Source of the DNA: Camelus ferus
Taxonomy: Eukaryota
Direction of reading: 5' to 3'
Assembly (NCBI RefSeq): GCF_009834535.1
Contig: NC_045696.1
Span: forward strand, 89,220,001-89,284,000
DNA: 64,000 nt
Positions 51,779 through 64,000 of the stretch are shown piece after piece. The notes beneath the pieces are model-generated. The model was not told the origin of the DNA and did not search any database. It was given only the letters and a program-made list of their open reading frames with translations. Each line of letters starts with the position of its first letter. The first letter of the stretch is position 1. The position numbers were made by a program, and so were the translations under genes.

Positions 51779-52559
51779 ACATTACTCCCTCGGTCTCCTG
51801 TGACTCCCTGAAGATTCTGAGACAATATCTCTCTGGGTTGACTTGGAAGAAATTTGAGTGGGACTAGACAGCATCTTACCCTCTATTAAAAGATAATTAA
51901 AATTAAAGTCATGACACACACACACATATCATAACATACATTGACGTTAAAGATTTTATTTTACCCATTAATCAATGAAGGAACCAGGTAGACACTGTAA
52001 TTCGAAGAACAGACATATTTATAGATCAGAAATATTGAAATGAATGTGCAAATAGAAGTAAACTGATTTTTCCACAGGGCCTAGGGAAATCAATTGGACC
52101 TCTACCAGACAGGACAGAATTTGCACATCGATGTGAATCACCTTGCATTACTATCAATTACTTACAACTGAAAAGGTTGTAAAACAGCTCAAAGGCAATG
52201 AAAGATTAGAATCAGATAACCTGAGGGCTGCCCCTAGACAGTGCCTAGCCTGCCAGTAAAGCACAATCCTTTTTCTACAACCCCCACAGCGTCTCTTCCT
52301 TAGGCCCCTCTTACACTGGGGTCGCCTTAAATGCCTGTGTTCCTGGGGTAAACATTAGTGCCAATGCTTCTTTTGCCTTGTTCCTCTTGGGGTTATTTGG
52401 TCCTTATGTAAACAGGGCTCCTGGGGGCCTGCCAGGGATCCATTCTGGGGTGTAGAGGTGAGGCTTCCTCTGGGCCCTTCGTCTTGCTGTGATGACAAAG
52501 GCTTCATTTGTACTGCTGGATTGGGTGTGGGGCAGGGGGAAGTTGAAGCTCGAAGATTG

Positions 52560-52810
52560 GTAGGAAGAAGCTGCAGGAGCGGTAGGATAGGATTAAGTTG
52601 TGAAGCGTCTTCTGTGCCATGCTAAGAATTTTGGTCTTGACCCCAAAGGCAGTGGAGAAAACCAGTCTTTTGAATAGGTCAGTGAAGTGATTAGGGCTGG
52701 ATTTTAATTGGATAACTGGAAGGGGCATGAAAGACACACCACAGTAAGGAAACTGAAGATGTTTCAGGAGGTGGGAGGGGTGAGGGGAGATGGAGAGAAG
52801 CTAAATCTTG
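52560..52810 (-). mobile_element. L2 fragment
   Basis: GCCATGCTAAGAATTTTGGTCTTGACCC..GGCAGTGGAGAA..GGAGATGGAGAGAAG. Confidence 0.65.
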
Positions 52811-54099
52811 GCCAATAGAATTGTCTTGAGTAAATGACTTTTAGATAATTTTCTGCCCATCACAAAGATACTCCTTTTACCCATCTCTTGAAAATATCTC
52901 CAGATGTGTCCTGCTATCCCTTCCTGCCACCTTGAGGCTTTCTTTTCTCCAATCTGGGAGAATATTCAGCCACCAACCTCTGTCCAGCACTGACTCACTC
53001 CTGTCTGCAATGCTTTACTCCTAGGAACCACCCATAATGAGGGCATGGCAGCATTTTACAGGGAAGAAGCAGCCTTGCAAAAGGGTTGACTGAATGGCCT
53101 AGAGTCCATCCAGCTAGAAAGTTGTCTGACCTGAGTGGGAAGCCAGCTCGCTATGACTGTGCCTGCTCCTGCTGGGTACCACACAGCCTCCCTTACATCC
53201 TGGGAAAAATGGGAAGGGTGGATGTTATGAGGGATAGTCAACATTTTCACTCTCAATTCTGATATTTTGGGTACTTTCTCTAATTCTATTTGCAGTTCCA
53301 CAAAGGCATCCAGCAGGTTTGTAAGTTGTATGCTAGCTCACTGATTTTAGAAAATGAATTTTTTATAGTTACTCTCAAGCTGGTCATCTTTTTTTTTTTC
53401 CCCTAGAAGTGCTTTCTTCCAAGGTGCAGAATCTGAAATGACTAACAGGGTCTTAGGAAAGATGAAGGTAAAGAATAAACAACAACAACAAAAAGGGAAT
53501 AATTTTTATTGGTCTGTTGGCCAAGCAGTAAGACAAAAATCAATGATAAGTAACAACGGCTTTTAATTCCTTGAGTTAATTTTTCTCTTATAATCAAGAT
53601 AAAACTCAGATTGGAGATGGCTAGAGATAGGATAAATTTTAATTTCTAGAAAAGCCTCTCCAGCTGTCCCACAGGTAGCGAATGGGTTCCCAGCTAGTCA
53701 TCTTATTCATCTGGCTCTTAACGATATTAGCTGCAATGAAAGATCCTCAGAAAGCCTCCAAAAAATAGCCTTTTTAAAAGTACATTTCATCAAGCAGGAG
53801 CTTCTTGTATTCTCTTGTGTGCTCTAGGTTCCTGTCAAAACTTTCACAGTTAACTGATGTAACAAGATAATGATGCTAACTCAAATGGTTTCCGTTTTTC
53901 CTTTTGCCGTTCTTTGCTAGGTGAATTGTATTTTTCCATAGTGTGTGAGTAACAGACTCAAAGTTTGAGCATCTGGGAAGACAGCCAAAAAATGTCCCCC
54001 GGTGAAAAACAAAAGCCATGGGAATAGAAAGGATGACATTAACTAATTTCTGAGGAAGAAACACATATAAGCGATGATGGGTAACCGGGAAGGGTTAGA

Positions 54100-54370
54100 C
54101 CAGAGCAACATTCCTCAAAGTGAATTGTAAATAGAAACCTACTAGAAAGAAAGCATTCCAGGGCCAGGCAATTTCTGCAGATACTGGATTAAATAATAAA
54201 ATAACACTGAAACGCATTCTTTACTGTCAGACTTCTCAAAACCATTATGTTAACGTACATGGTGAACTTCTCAGAGAAGCTACAGTATGCAAGATTTTCC
54301 AGATGTATTTTATCACAGAATCTTTTTTTTTTTTGTAAAGAAATCTATTTTGGCAAACTCCATACTAGAA
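54100..54370. mobile_element. hAT-Charlie element (MER103-like)
   Basis: TTCCTCAAAGTG..TTCTTTACTGTCAGACTTCTCA..CAGTATGCAAGATTTTCC..TATCACAGAATC. Confidence 0.55.
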
Positions 54371-54594
54371 TTTTTAAAAATTTCAACAGGGGATTATGAT
54401 GATCTGCTTGTGTATATTCCTACAAATAAATTTATTTATACAAATAAGTTTATACACAAAAAATTATTTACACAGATGAATTGTAGCATATCTCAGTATG
54501 TGCTGTAATTACATAGAAGGAGGACTGAGAAAGGCAATTGGGTATTAGGAAGGATTTGTCCCAGGCTCGCTAGACCTTTCTCTGTAGTTGGGGG

Positions 54595-54936
54595 TGTTAT
54601 TTGCTCGGCCTTCCATGACAAAATGTCACAGACCGGGTGGCTTAAGCAACAAATCTATTTTCTTGTGGTTCTGGAAGCTACAAGTCCAAGATCAAGATAC
54701 CCACAGGGTGGTTTCTTGAGGCCTCTCTCCTCGGCTTGCAGATGTCTTCCGTCTCTCTTTGTCCCCACATGTCTTCCCCCTGTGCTTATAAGGACACATA
54801 TTGGAATAGAGCCACCATAATGACTTCATTTTACCTTAATTGCTTCTTTAAAGGCCTCACCTCCATATGCAGTCACATAATGAAGGCTGGGATTTCAACA
54901 CGTGAATTCTGAGAAGACGTAAGTTAGCTCCTAACA
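54595..54936 (-). mobile_element. MaLR solo LTR (MLT1A/B-like)
   Basis: CACAGACCGGGTGGCTTAAGCAAC..GTTCTGGAAGCTACAAGTCCAAGATCAAG..GGCCTCTCTCCTCGGCTTGCAGATG. TG...CA ends, 5-bp TSD GGGGG/GTGGG. Confidence 0.88.
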
Positions 54937-55591
54937 GTGGGCTGGAAACTGAATTACCAAGAGCTCGCTACATATTCCATCGAGACCATAGCATTATTTG
55001 CATTCCCTCCCAATCCGTCTTGAGCAGGCTTCTGAACCTGAGATGGTTTCTTCAAGGGTGTTCCAGCTGGGAGGAACCAGCCTCACAGCCAGACAGACAG
55101 TCTCTTTGGCCATTATATTTCCCAGGAAACTTAATATGCGTCAGCTTGATAGTTTGTGAGCTAATAATCTCTTGAAAGTTTGGCTGAGGGGATTCAGTTT
55201 CCCTGGATCTGACCACACCTAACTGGATGGATAAAATGTGGTTTTTAAACTAACAAAGCGGGGGACCAGATCTTACCCCTCTGGTGCCTGTACCCAGGGA
55301 GCCAGGGGGAAAGGAATGCTCTCTGACTGAAGGCCAGCGGTGCAGCAGGGACCTTGGTAATAGCGCCTCACCTGTCTGGAGCTGCGCTGGGCATTTTACA
55401 TCAGCATCATGCCATCTGCTGCTTACAACATCTCTTTGAGATAAAGGTACATTATTCCCTCTAGATTATAGCTGAGGAAACAGAATTCTTTAGAAGGTAC
55501 TTATCACTGTCATATGAATAGGGAATAATTTGAAGCTTCCTGTGCTCTGAGCTACAACCCCACACACAGTTTATATGATCTCACTTGATTT

Positions 55592-56176
55592 TGTAGGGGA
55601 GCAGAAATTGTTTTTCTACCCTCATGGGTTCTGTAGCTAGGACCCGTGATTTGAACTCACAAAAGGCAGAATATCAGGAGGAAAGAAAGACAGACAGATT
55701 TTATTACTCCTGTAATATGCACAGGGGCTTCAAGAAAGAAGTGAAAACCCAAAGATGTGGTTCGATTTGTGGACTTATGTATCATTCAACAAAGGGTGAT
55801 GAATTGTGGAGAAGTGATTAGATAAAGGGAAATGGGATTGGGGCTCCCAGGGAGGGTAAACTGTGGGAAGTTGACTAGGAAATGGATAGTAAATCAGGGT
55901 TGTTTAGTAAGGTTTGTTACGCTGACTCTGATTCCAGGTGCCCTCCAGTGATGAAACTAGTTCTTATCCTGGTTTGCGAGAGAGGAACACCTTTGCAAAT
56001 GGAAATGCATGTCACCTTTACGAAGGGAAATTTATGTCCTGATTTTAGGCAGAAAGGGAGAGGGCAGAGAGCCTGTCTTGTGTCTACTGTTCCTCAGTTG
56101 CCTTTAGCTTAAAATAATCAAAATAGTGCTATGCCAAAGTGGCATATTTGGGGATGACATATTCGGGTCCTCTTCA
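55592..56176 (-). mobile_element. ERV1 solo LTR (MER34/MER39-like), inserted among MIR fragments
   Basis: Similar to 45775-46266 (AGCTTAAAATA..GCCAAAGTGGCATATTTGGGG); TG...CA ends; GATT flanks. Confidence 0.8.
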
Positions 56177-56311
56177 GATTCTATGACACTGAGAGAAGAG
56201 GGAAATGAAGTCAGGAATTACCCAGGGTTACACGGTTAATAAGCAGAAGCTAGGTTAGAAGCTGATCTCTCTGACTTCAAAACTGCTAGTATATGTACCA
56301 TATAAACAGAA

Positions 56312-56895
56312 TTTTTTAAGATAAACTTTTAATTTTAGAACAGTTTTAGGTTCACAGAAAAACCACAAAGATGGCACAGAGAGCTCTTAAATGCTCCGTA
56401 TCCCTATCATGAATGTCTTACATCAGTATGGTGCATTTGTTACAAATGACGAATGAATACTGATAAAATATTATTAACGAAAGTACCATACTTCATTCAG
56501 ATTTCCTTGTTTCTTATCTAATATCTTCTTCTCTGCTCAGTGATCCCATCCAGGATGCCACCTAATGTATAAGCACCGTGCCTCCTTAGGCTCCTCTTGG
56601 CTGTGACAGTTTCTCAGACTTTCCTTTTTCTTGATGACCTTGACAGTTTGAGGCGGACTGGTCAGGTGTTTTGTAGAATGTCTCTCCTTTGGGATTTGGC
56701 TGATGATTTTCTCCTGACTTAGGCTGGGGTTGTGTTTTGGGAAAAGACCACAGAGGTAACATAGTGTCATTTCCATCTATCAGATGAGGGCTACCCACCG
56801 TCCACATGACATCACTGCTGATATTGGCCTTGGTCGCCTGGCTGAAGCAGTGTTTGTCAGGTTTCTCCACTGGAAATGACTAAAATTTTTTGCCT
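56312..56895 (-). mobile_element. L1MC/L1MD 3' end
   Basis: TTTTAGAACAGTTTTAGGTTCACAGAAAA..GGCTCCTCTTGGCTGTGACAGTTTCTCAGACTTTCC. Confidence 0.85.
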
Positions 56896-58038
56896 GCCCT
56901 CTTTCTCTTTGGTGTTACTCCATCCTCGCATTGCTACATAGCAGTCTGAGTGGCACCATGCTTTTACACTAACTCCACCTATTCCCATTGTGTTGAGGCA
57001 CCAGGCAGTAATGGCTTGTCCTTCTGCTGTTCAGGTGAGCAATTTGTTCTTGCTTTTGTCCTTTGTGGGTAAGGTTGTGTGTGTGTGTAAAAGAGTAGGT
57101 GGCTTGTTGGGGGTTTGTTAATTCCATCTAAAGACTCTGCTGACCCAAAATGTTGCAGCTAAGAGGGCCAGTGTGCAGCAGTAGCAGGGCCAGAGCAGTA
57201 GCAGGCAGAGGGTGCTTAGCAAGCGACCAGGCTGAGGCACTGAGCGGAGACAGGAAGTACAGAAATCAGAATAAGGTGGAGGAGTTGGATTCTGTGAATT
57301 CTAAGGTCCCTTCTCACTTTGAAGCCAGGGGTCTCAGGTCCGGAGGTAGAAAAATAAGGCAGGCTCTCCTCCTGTATCAACTTTATTTAATTAATAATTT
57401 ATTTAATTACAAGCTAAAGCATTAAAAAAAAAATCCTGATTCCTAGTGCCTCAAGGAATTTCTTTGGCTGGAGTCACTGATTTAATGAAGACAGAAACAG
57501 TTCCTGTGGGAACAGATCCCAGTTCATTGCTTTGCCCACACTTGCTCCCAGGAAGAAGCTCTGTCCTGTTTCTTCTCGGCTCTGCTGGGTTTTCTACCGT
57601 CTTTCTTGCTCCTTTGCCCCCAGCTGTGGTGAGATACACAACAGCAAAAAGTTTTTTGTTGATCCTCCTGGAGCACTTTTGTAAATACAGGTGGGAACTC
57701 ACTCAGTACAAAATCTCCTTTTTGGCCAAAGCTGTAACCATTTCTGCATGTATCTTAGGTTAAAAGTCAGAGTCTGAAAAATTTTACTCTTGTGAGGTTG
57801 AGAAAATCACAGTTCATTATTTGTATCTTTGGTCATTTGCCACAAAACAAAACTTCTTTGTGAAATGTATGCCTGCTGATACCACTTTTTTTTTTAAAGG
57901 TTATTTAATGAAATCCCATATGTTATCTCAGTCACATTAAATGTTTACTGTAGTTTGCTGCAACATTTCCTTTTTTGACAAAATAACACTCTTCTATTTA
58001 ACAGGTAACTTTTGCAAGTTAGCAATTGGTCCATTCCT

Positions 58039-58071
58039 ATCGCTTCTTGGACTTTTGGCTAAGATCAAGTG
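58039..58071 (+). pseudogene. U2 snRNA 3'-truncated (tailless) retropseudogene, U2 nt 1-33
   Basis: ATCGCTTCTTGGACTTTTGGCTAAGATCAAGTG matches the U2 5' end (ATCGCTTCTCGGCCTTTTGGCTAAGATCAAGTG) at 31/33. Flanked by TSD GCAATTGGT(C/T)CATTCCT at 58022 and 58071. Confidence 0.93.
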
Positions 58072-58636
58072 CAATTGGTTCATTCCTAATAGGTGTCTGT
58101 AATATGTTAATTATTGCCTTCAGGTGGAAAAGGAAAAATCTAGGATGCTGTCATCATGACTCAGTTTGTCTTGTACTCATTTTCCCTCCTTGGAAATGGA
58201 GAATTAAGGTTATTCTTCTATCAACTTTCCCTTGTTTTTCTGTAGCTCCATTTAAGGAAAAAGGAAAAAAAAAACCAAACTTTTATTTTTTGTGTTGTCA
58301 ATTCCCCTGGGTTCACTTACATCAGCTTTGGCTGGGCTGACGTTTAAAACATTTTCAAAAGGGTAAATAATTTATTTGAAAGCGGGTGAAGAAAGGCACT
58401 TAAGAAAAAATTAAACCAAGTGGATTTGAGAGAAAAAATATTCCTGAGAACCAGAATATATGGCTTAAAGAGGAGGGCGAGAGCTACATTTCAAAAGTAA
58501 GAGTAAATGTCTTTTAAGTACTATCTTCATACATATTATTCTGTGAATCTGGTTTGAGTGTATCTATACAGATGTAAAATATCTCAATAAGTAAACATGT
58601 CTTCAAAATACTGGCTGAAAGAAATTCTCTTAAGCT

Positions 58637-58721
58637 TTTATTTTTAATGTAAGTACTGGGGATTCAGCCCAGGACCTTGTGCTAAGCATGCACCCCATTG
58701 GTCAGCTGTACCCCTTGCCCC
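58637..58721 (-). mobile_element. Camelid tRNA-Ala-derived SINE (diverged)
   Basis: GTACTGGGGATTCAGCCCAGGACC..GCTAAGCATGCAC; TSD-like TTCT(C/T)TTAAGCTTT on both sides. Confidence 0.82.
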
Positions 58722-59607
58722 CTTCTTTTAAGCTTTGACACTATCTTGTGACTAATGTTTATATCACATCACAATTGTGAACAGATTCACTTTAACGGCT
58801 TAAATACCATTCACACCCCATCTCCACAAGTTCTCTAGGATTTTGAAAAACTATCCTGGCTTGATTTTTATTCTAGACTCTTCCTCGACATTGTCTAGAA
58901 CTGATTCTGTCATAGTTATCAAGGTTTTCCATTTTCTAGCAACTTTCATTCAGAAGACCTGCCCCTAAAATTTGTCAGAAAAATTCTTGTTGGTAAACCA
59001 GGAAAGAAACCAGGAGGCCCTGAATGCGTGATTTGTCACAGAACACTCAGAAGAAGGACTAGAGATGAAACCAGGAGGCTTGGTGGACTTCTAGTGAACA
59101 AATGGTCGCCACTGGGCATCCACCAGCCCTCAGTAGGCACCTCTGGAACCTGGAAACAGGAGGATGAACCCTGCCCCTTCCCCCTGAGAACTCACAATTT
59201 AGGATGCTCTGCTTCTCGTTATATTGTCATGGCTTTTGCATACAGTATTTATTCAACAGAAGTCTCAAAGACCAAACCAGTTGAAAGGCAACTGAGTTTA
59301 TTGTATTTTATAACTTGGGTGTCTGTGAAAGGATAAAAGATGTAGTCAAAATCTGTTCAGCACTAGGTTTTGGCTAGCAGCTGGCAAAACTGCGGGAGGG
59401 GGAGCTGATCTGCGGTTGTCCTTGCCTCTCTTTGCCTCTCAGAGCCATGTGGTGCCCTCTAGCCTGCCCTCTCCTTCCCCAGCCCAGTGGTGGCCAAGCC
59501 TGTCCTGAGTCCCCAGACTCTCAGGTGTCAATGCTCAGTTGGAAACTGTTGCATCTGCCAGCCTCCTGAGGCAGCAGACCCCACCCCTATAGACCCTCTA
59601 CCTCTCT

Positions 59608-59746
59608 CAGGGTAGGCTTTTGAAAGTAGATTCCTGATGCTACCCTAGGTGTTCTGAATTAGATCTCTCCGAGAGAGGCACCTGGAAATCCATATTTTGT
59701 AAAGCTCAGATGATTCTGATGCTTAGCCTGGTTTGTGGACCACTGT
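59608..59746. mobile_element. MER5-like hAT MITE
   Basis: AGATTCCTG..TTCTGAATTAGATCTCT..CCTGGAAATCCATATTTT..GATGATTCTGATGC..GACCACTG. Confidence 0.65.
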
Positions 59747-59893
59747 CTCAAAGGATAGCACACTTGGTATCCAAGAGATAAAGCTCAGAAGGCATCTACC
59801 AGCTGTTCTGGCAGGAGCAGAGAGGGAAGAGAATTGTGGGACATTTAGTCATGGCAGATTTCTATGATATATGATTACAAATTAAACTGTGTT

Positions 59894-59895
<2 letters not shown>

Positions 59896-59935
<40 letters not shown>
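59896..59935. repeat. (AAT)13 microsatellite
   Basis: Seen directly; explains the poly-Asn in ORF 59864-60046. Confidence 0.95.
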
Positions 59936-59936
<1 letters not shown>

Positions 59937-59974
59937 TAGCCATGTGTTTAAAAAATATTCAAAACATACGTTTA

Positions 59975-60158
59975 GAAAACAAGTTTATACTGTATAGCAC
60001 AGGGAACTATATTCAATATCTTCTAGTAACCTATAGTGAAAAATAATATGAAAAGGAACATATGTATGTGTATATATGACTGAACTATTATGCTGTGCAC
60101 CAGAAATCGACACAACATTGTAAAGTGACTATACTTCAATTTAAAAAAAGAAAGAAAA
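59975..60158 (+). mobile_element. Young L1 3' end
   Basis: ACTGTATAGCACAGGGAACTATATTCAATATC..CACCAGAAATCGACACAACATTGTAAA. Confidence 0.9.
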
Positions 60159-60429
60159 GGAGTCTCTCATATCCACTCTTGTGACACTCTTTTGTTACAC
60201 TTTGTATTCTGATTGAATTTTTAACCTGAAACAATTTTGCAAGAGTCTTAAGGGAGAGATGTACTATCTTTGTATCCTACGCAATGCCTAGCTCAGTTCA
60301 ATAAACATTTTTTGAATTAAAAAAATATGTTTGAATATAAAATGAAAAGTAACTCCCTTGCCCCACCTTTAGGAACCTGTCTATTCAGTACAGGACAGAG
60401 GTTCTCCTTCCTGACTGCAGTCTATGGAA

Positions 60430-60560
60430 ATCTGAAGAAATGCAGATGTCTGGCCCCTCCCCTAAAACTTCTGAATCATAAAGCCTAGAGATCTGAGCAG
60501 CTGTATTTTTAAAACTCTCTAGGTCATTCTGACCTCCAGCTCGATTTGCAATCCTACGGT
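60430..60560. mobile_element. MER5A-like hAT MITE
   Basis: AAATGCAGATGTCTGGCCCCTCCC..CTTCTGAATCA..TGTATTTTTAAAACTCTCTAGGTCATTCTGA. Confidence 0.7.
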
Positions 60561-63500
60561 TCATAATCTCCTTTAAATGACTACTTCTGTAGAAGGTTAT
60601 CAGGTACTTTTTGCTGAGAATCTTTATTTTCATCCTATGATCTCTCAAAATTCTGGGCCCTCATCTTGGTCTCTAGGGGGAGCCCACACAAATCTGAGCA
60701 AGAACCTGCTTGCCCCACAACTATTTTTGAACAGCCTGAAGCTCTTTGGCTCTAGAGGAAGCTTTGTGCAGAAAACATCTGTGAAAATGTGGTTGTGAAA
60801 TCATGGTAATAGTAGTAACAGTAACACAGATCAGAGGAAAAGGGAAAAAATTACCCAGAAACCCTCACCTAGCCCAATAAATTGAACGACTTTCATTTCT
60901 GCCTGAGATGTTTTCTGTCCTTGTAAGCCTGGATCCATAAACAATGAAAAAGCTGATGTGACTGTCCAATGTATGTCTGCATCTCCCTGAGGTCAGACCA
61001 AAATAATGTGTTGGTATTTCCAGATGCCTAAGTAATTACCCCAAATTATCTGGCTTTGAACTTTCTAAAGAAATAAAAAACGACTTTCAAACATCCTCTA
61101 CCAGAAGCTAAATGTGACATTGTTTTATTCTTAACTAGCTACTTAAAAATCCCCAAAGAACATACTTTAAAGTTCTTTCAAAATAACATGTGTTCCAAAA
61201 GTTTCAAATCTCTCTTTTTTTCTTTCTTTTATGAGAAGCTGGTAAGTGTCTAAATAATAAGGCACTGGAGGCTTGGTCTTAGAGTGTGCAGCCCTGAGTT
61301 TGGGGAGGGGTGGCATTTATTTTCAAATCTACACATTTCAGCTTATCTGCCTGTAGTTCCTACAGAGAAAGTGACAATAAATACTTTAAAGACCTAGAAT
61401 TTAATTTTTTCTGTATTGTTTGGAAGACTTAGTTTCTTTCATAGTTGGAGTCTGTGTGGTGTATTTATGTTTTATTATCCTTGGACGTATGGCTAAACAA
61501 CTTTATAAAACCCACAAGGCTTTTGAGTAACGTGAGCCTCTGTGATTCCCCCAGGTTCTTTTTGGCGCCATCAATATTTCATTGTTTACCATTTGCTTCA
61601 TGGTTTGGAACGCTTCCTCTCCTCTTCCCAACCCAATAAAACTCTGTAGTTTAAGCAGCAGCCTCAGGGAATGAGGGGGGTGAGGCTGGTGGGGATCTTC
61701 TAAACCAGGGGGACAGGAGCAGGCATCTAAACCTAGTTTAAGATGAACCTTTTGGGCTCTTAGGCTCATAAAAGGGAGTTTTAGGAGTTGGAGTTGAAAT
61801 ATGGGAAACTGTGCATTTTATATTTTATGAAAGGAAACTTCTCTGATTCACATGGAACTTTAGTGTCTCTGACATAAAAAACATGCCCCTCAGAAAACCA
61901 AACTGCCCATAAATATCTTTAAGAATTTATAAGAATATTCTTGGCACAGACACTAAAAAATAAGTGAGTGTAACTGGTTTTTCAAATTTACAGGGTGCCT
62001 TTTATGGCTACTTGTGCAATGAAACACGGGATTTTTATTTTGAAGTCACCTTTGGCATCCAATAAAAGTGTATTTACTTATCAGGGACTTGGATGGCTCT
62101 GGTCCCTGTGAGCTGCACAACAGGCCTTCATAGGTTGCCTTTCACGCTAGTAGTAAGAAAATCTGTTGTCATCCTCTGAATACTGCTCCTCATTAAACGC
62201 AGATCAGTTTGTCCCGTGCTGCCTAGACTGTCTTTCTGTCTTGTGCATCAGAGTTGTTGAATCCACCACGCGTGTTGTGGTCCTTGTGCACTGATGACCT
62301 GGGGTGCAGAGAGAATACGTGTTTTGTTCTCAAGAATGTTGGATCCCTCACATGACGGTTGAACGAGGGGTCGTCACATCCAGGCACAGTTCAGTCTGAT
62401 TGTGCCGTTAGGCCTTCCTCATCTGGAGGGAGTGGGTTGTTCCCCAGGAGACTCAGATTTATCACCGGGTCCCCACTGCTTTATTTACATTAATCAGAAA
62501 CTCATTGTCTCTCTTCTGTTTTGTAGCTTTCCACCCATAGAAGCAAGGGCAATATGCACTTGTGCGTGGTGCACTGTGGCATGTTGGGCATACTCTGCTA
62601 TACTTTGACTGTTATAACTGGAGACTTTTATAAGCATTTGATCATCAAGGTTTATTGTTACATAGTACACCACGAGCTGTACAATACATGGTCTGATGGC
62701 CCAGTGGGAAATGCTTCCTGGGAATTCCTAACTTAATGATATCCTTTGTAGTAGATGCAACCTGATAAAAAAGAGCCAGAAGATACCGGAACATTCTAGA
62801 GTTCCACTCAGTCATGAACAATTGGTTCAGTTCGCCATTATATCATATGACTAAAATGTCTCCCAGAGCGATACACTCTGGTTTGCAGATTGCCACTTGA
62901 CCTTGTGAGATTCCAAAAGCGGAGGTGGTTTTGGCAAACATATGTCTTTAGCCTTTCAGGCATCTGATATAATCGTGCTAAGAAACAATAACTTTCTGTT
63001 GCTCTGAGCCTCTCTAGAGGCAGCAATACCATATCGGATTTCCCTTGTTGCATAATTCATTTATTCATTCCTGTATCCCTAGCTACTATTTCTCCTTCTC
63101 TCCATTTGTCATTGATTTTTACCCAAACTTTCCCACTTTTCGAAGGGATGTTAGGTGCAGCCACTGTGCTGGTCCAGATTTCTGGCATCAATTCCAGTCT
63201 AGCGAGTACCTCCCCCTTAGTCCAAACTCTGTTCATACAGAGTGAGGTTACATAGGCACAGAGCTGGTAGGCTACCTCCACCATGGGGCCACACAGTTGC
63301 ATTCACTGTCACTTGTATTTTGTCAAATAGAGTGAAGGCACGATACAGCCCAGTAAGCCCTTAGGAGTTCTGGCATAAAGCTTTCAAAGGTATAGTTACA
63401 ATCTTTTGTTTAAGGATCCCTTCTGCTTCATCCTACTTGCAGGACCCATGGTTGCAGCCCTGGTCCTAGAACCACTGAATCAGTTAGGAAAAAAAGGAAG

Positions 63501-63690
63501 TTAAGGTGATGTGGGGAATAATTGTCTAGTAGTACTAGCATCCTCCCCACACCCTCTCCCTCAAAGGAAAAGAAAAGCAGAGGAAATCTATTGAGTGGGG
63601 AGGCCTCCTGGGCCCCCTTCATGTTGAGTGTGAGCACACACTCAGGAAGGTATGTAAACAACCAGGCCTGCATGACTTTATCTCCCCCAG

Positions 63691-63818
63691 TTTAAAAAAA
63701 CTGGGAGGGGGGTGTGCAGGTAATTAGGTTTATTTATTTATTTATTTTTAATGGAGGTACTGGGGATTGAACCCAGGACCTCGTGTATGCTAAGCATGTA
63801 CTCTACCACTGGGCAATA
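63691..63818 (-). mobile_element. Camelid tRNA-Ala-derived SINE
   Basis: GGTAATTAGGTTTATTT..GGAGGTACTGGGGATTGAACCCAGGACCTCGTG..CTCTACCACTG. Confidence 0.92.
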
Positions 63819-64000
63819 AATATTTCAATTGCCCCTGCCAATTCTCTATCAAATCACTGCTCTGAGGATGACTGGCAACATGATCCGTCCATTTGATATG
63901 ATATTTCTTTGCCCACTGATGGACTCTACGTGCTGTAAAGTGTGTTCCTTAGTTTGAAGAAATGTAACTCATTTCTTCGTCCAAACCGGAACAGTATCTT

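Noticed and set aside
62288..62406. C/D-box snoRNA-like pattern (TGATGA...CTGA with GCAC/GTGC ends)
   Set aside because: C box lacks the leading purine, stem spacing is atypical, and I see no rRNA/snRNA guide complement.
62703..62722. Resemblance to the miR-147 mature sequence (GGAAATGCTTC)
   Set aside because: Only a partial match without the seed region, and no hairpin partner arm visible.

Overview
Mammalian genomic DNA, almost certainly camelid (camel/alpaca/llama). It carries 11 copies of a tRNA-Ala(AGC)-derived SINE with the vic-1-type tail, plus lineage-type L1 3' ends. I find no supportable protein-coding gene: the six-frame ORFs are short and fall in repeats or look like noise. The window reads as intergenic or deep intronic. 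About half (by eye) is interspersed repeat: L1, L2, MIR, ERV1/ERVL/MaLR solo LTRs and hAT DNA transposons. Notable details are: a tailless 33-nt U2 snRNA retrocopy with a 17-bp target-site duplication (TSD) that doubled a TEAD motif (58022-58087); a MER41-like solo LTR with altered STAT sites and a perfect splice donor just downstream (51042-51778); an unexplained CpG-rich, retrocopy-like segment (31672-32340); nested and ultra-short L1 insertions; and an old local duplication of a Zaphod-like end. I found no convincing new biological system. Repeat subfamily names come from recalled consensus motifs, not a database search, and boundaries of old repeats are approximate.
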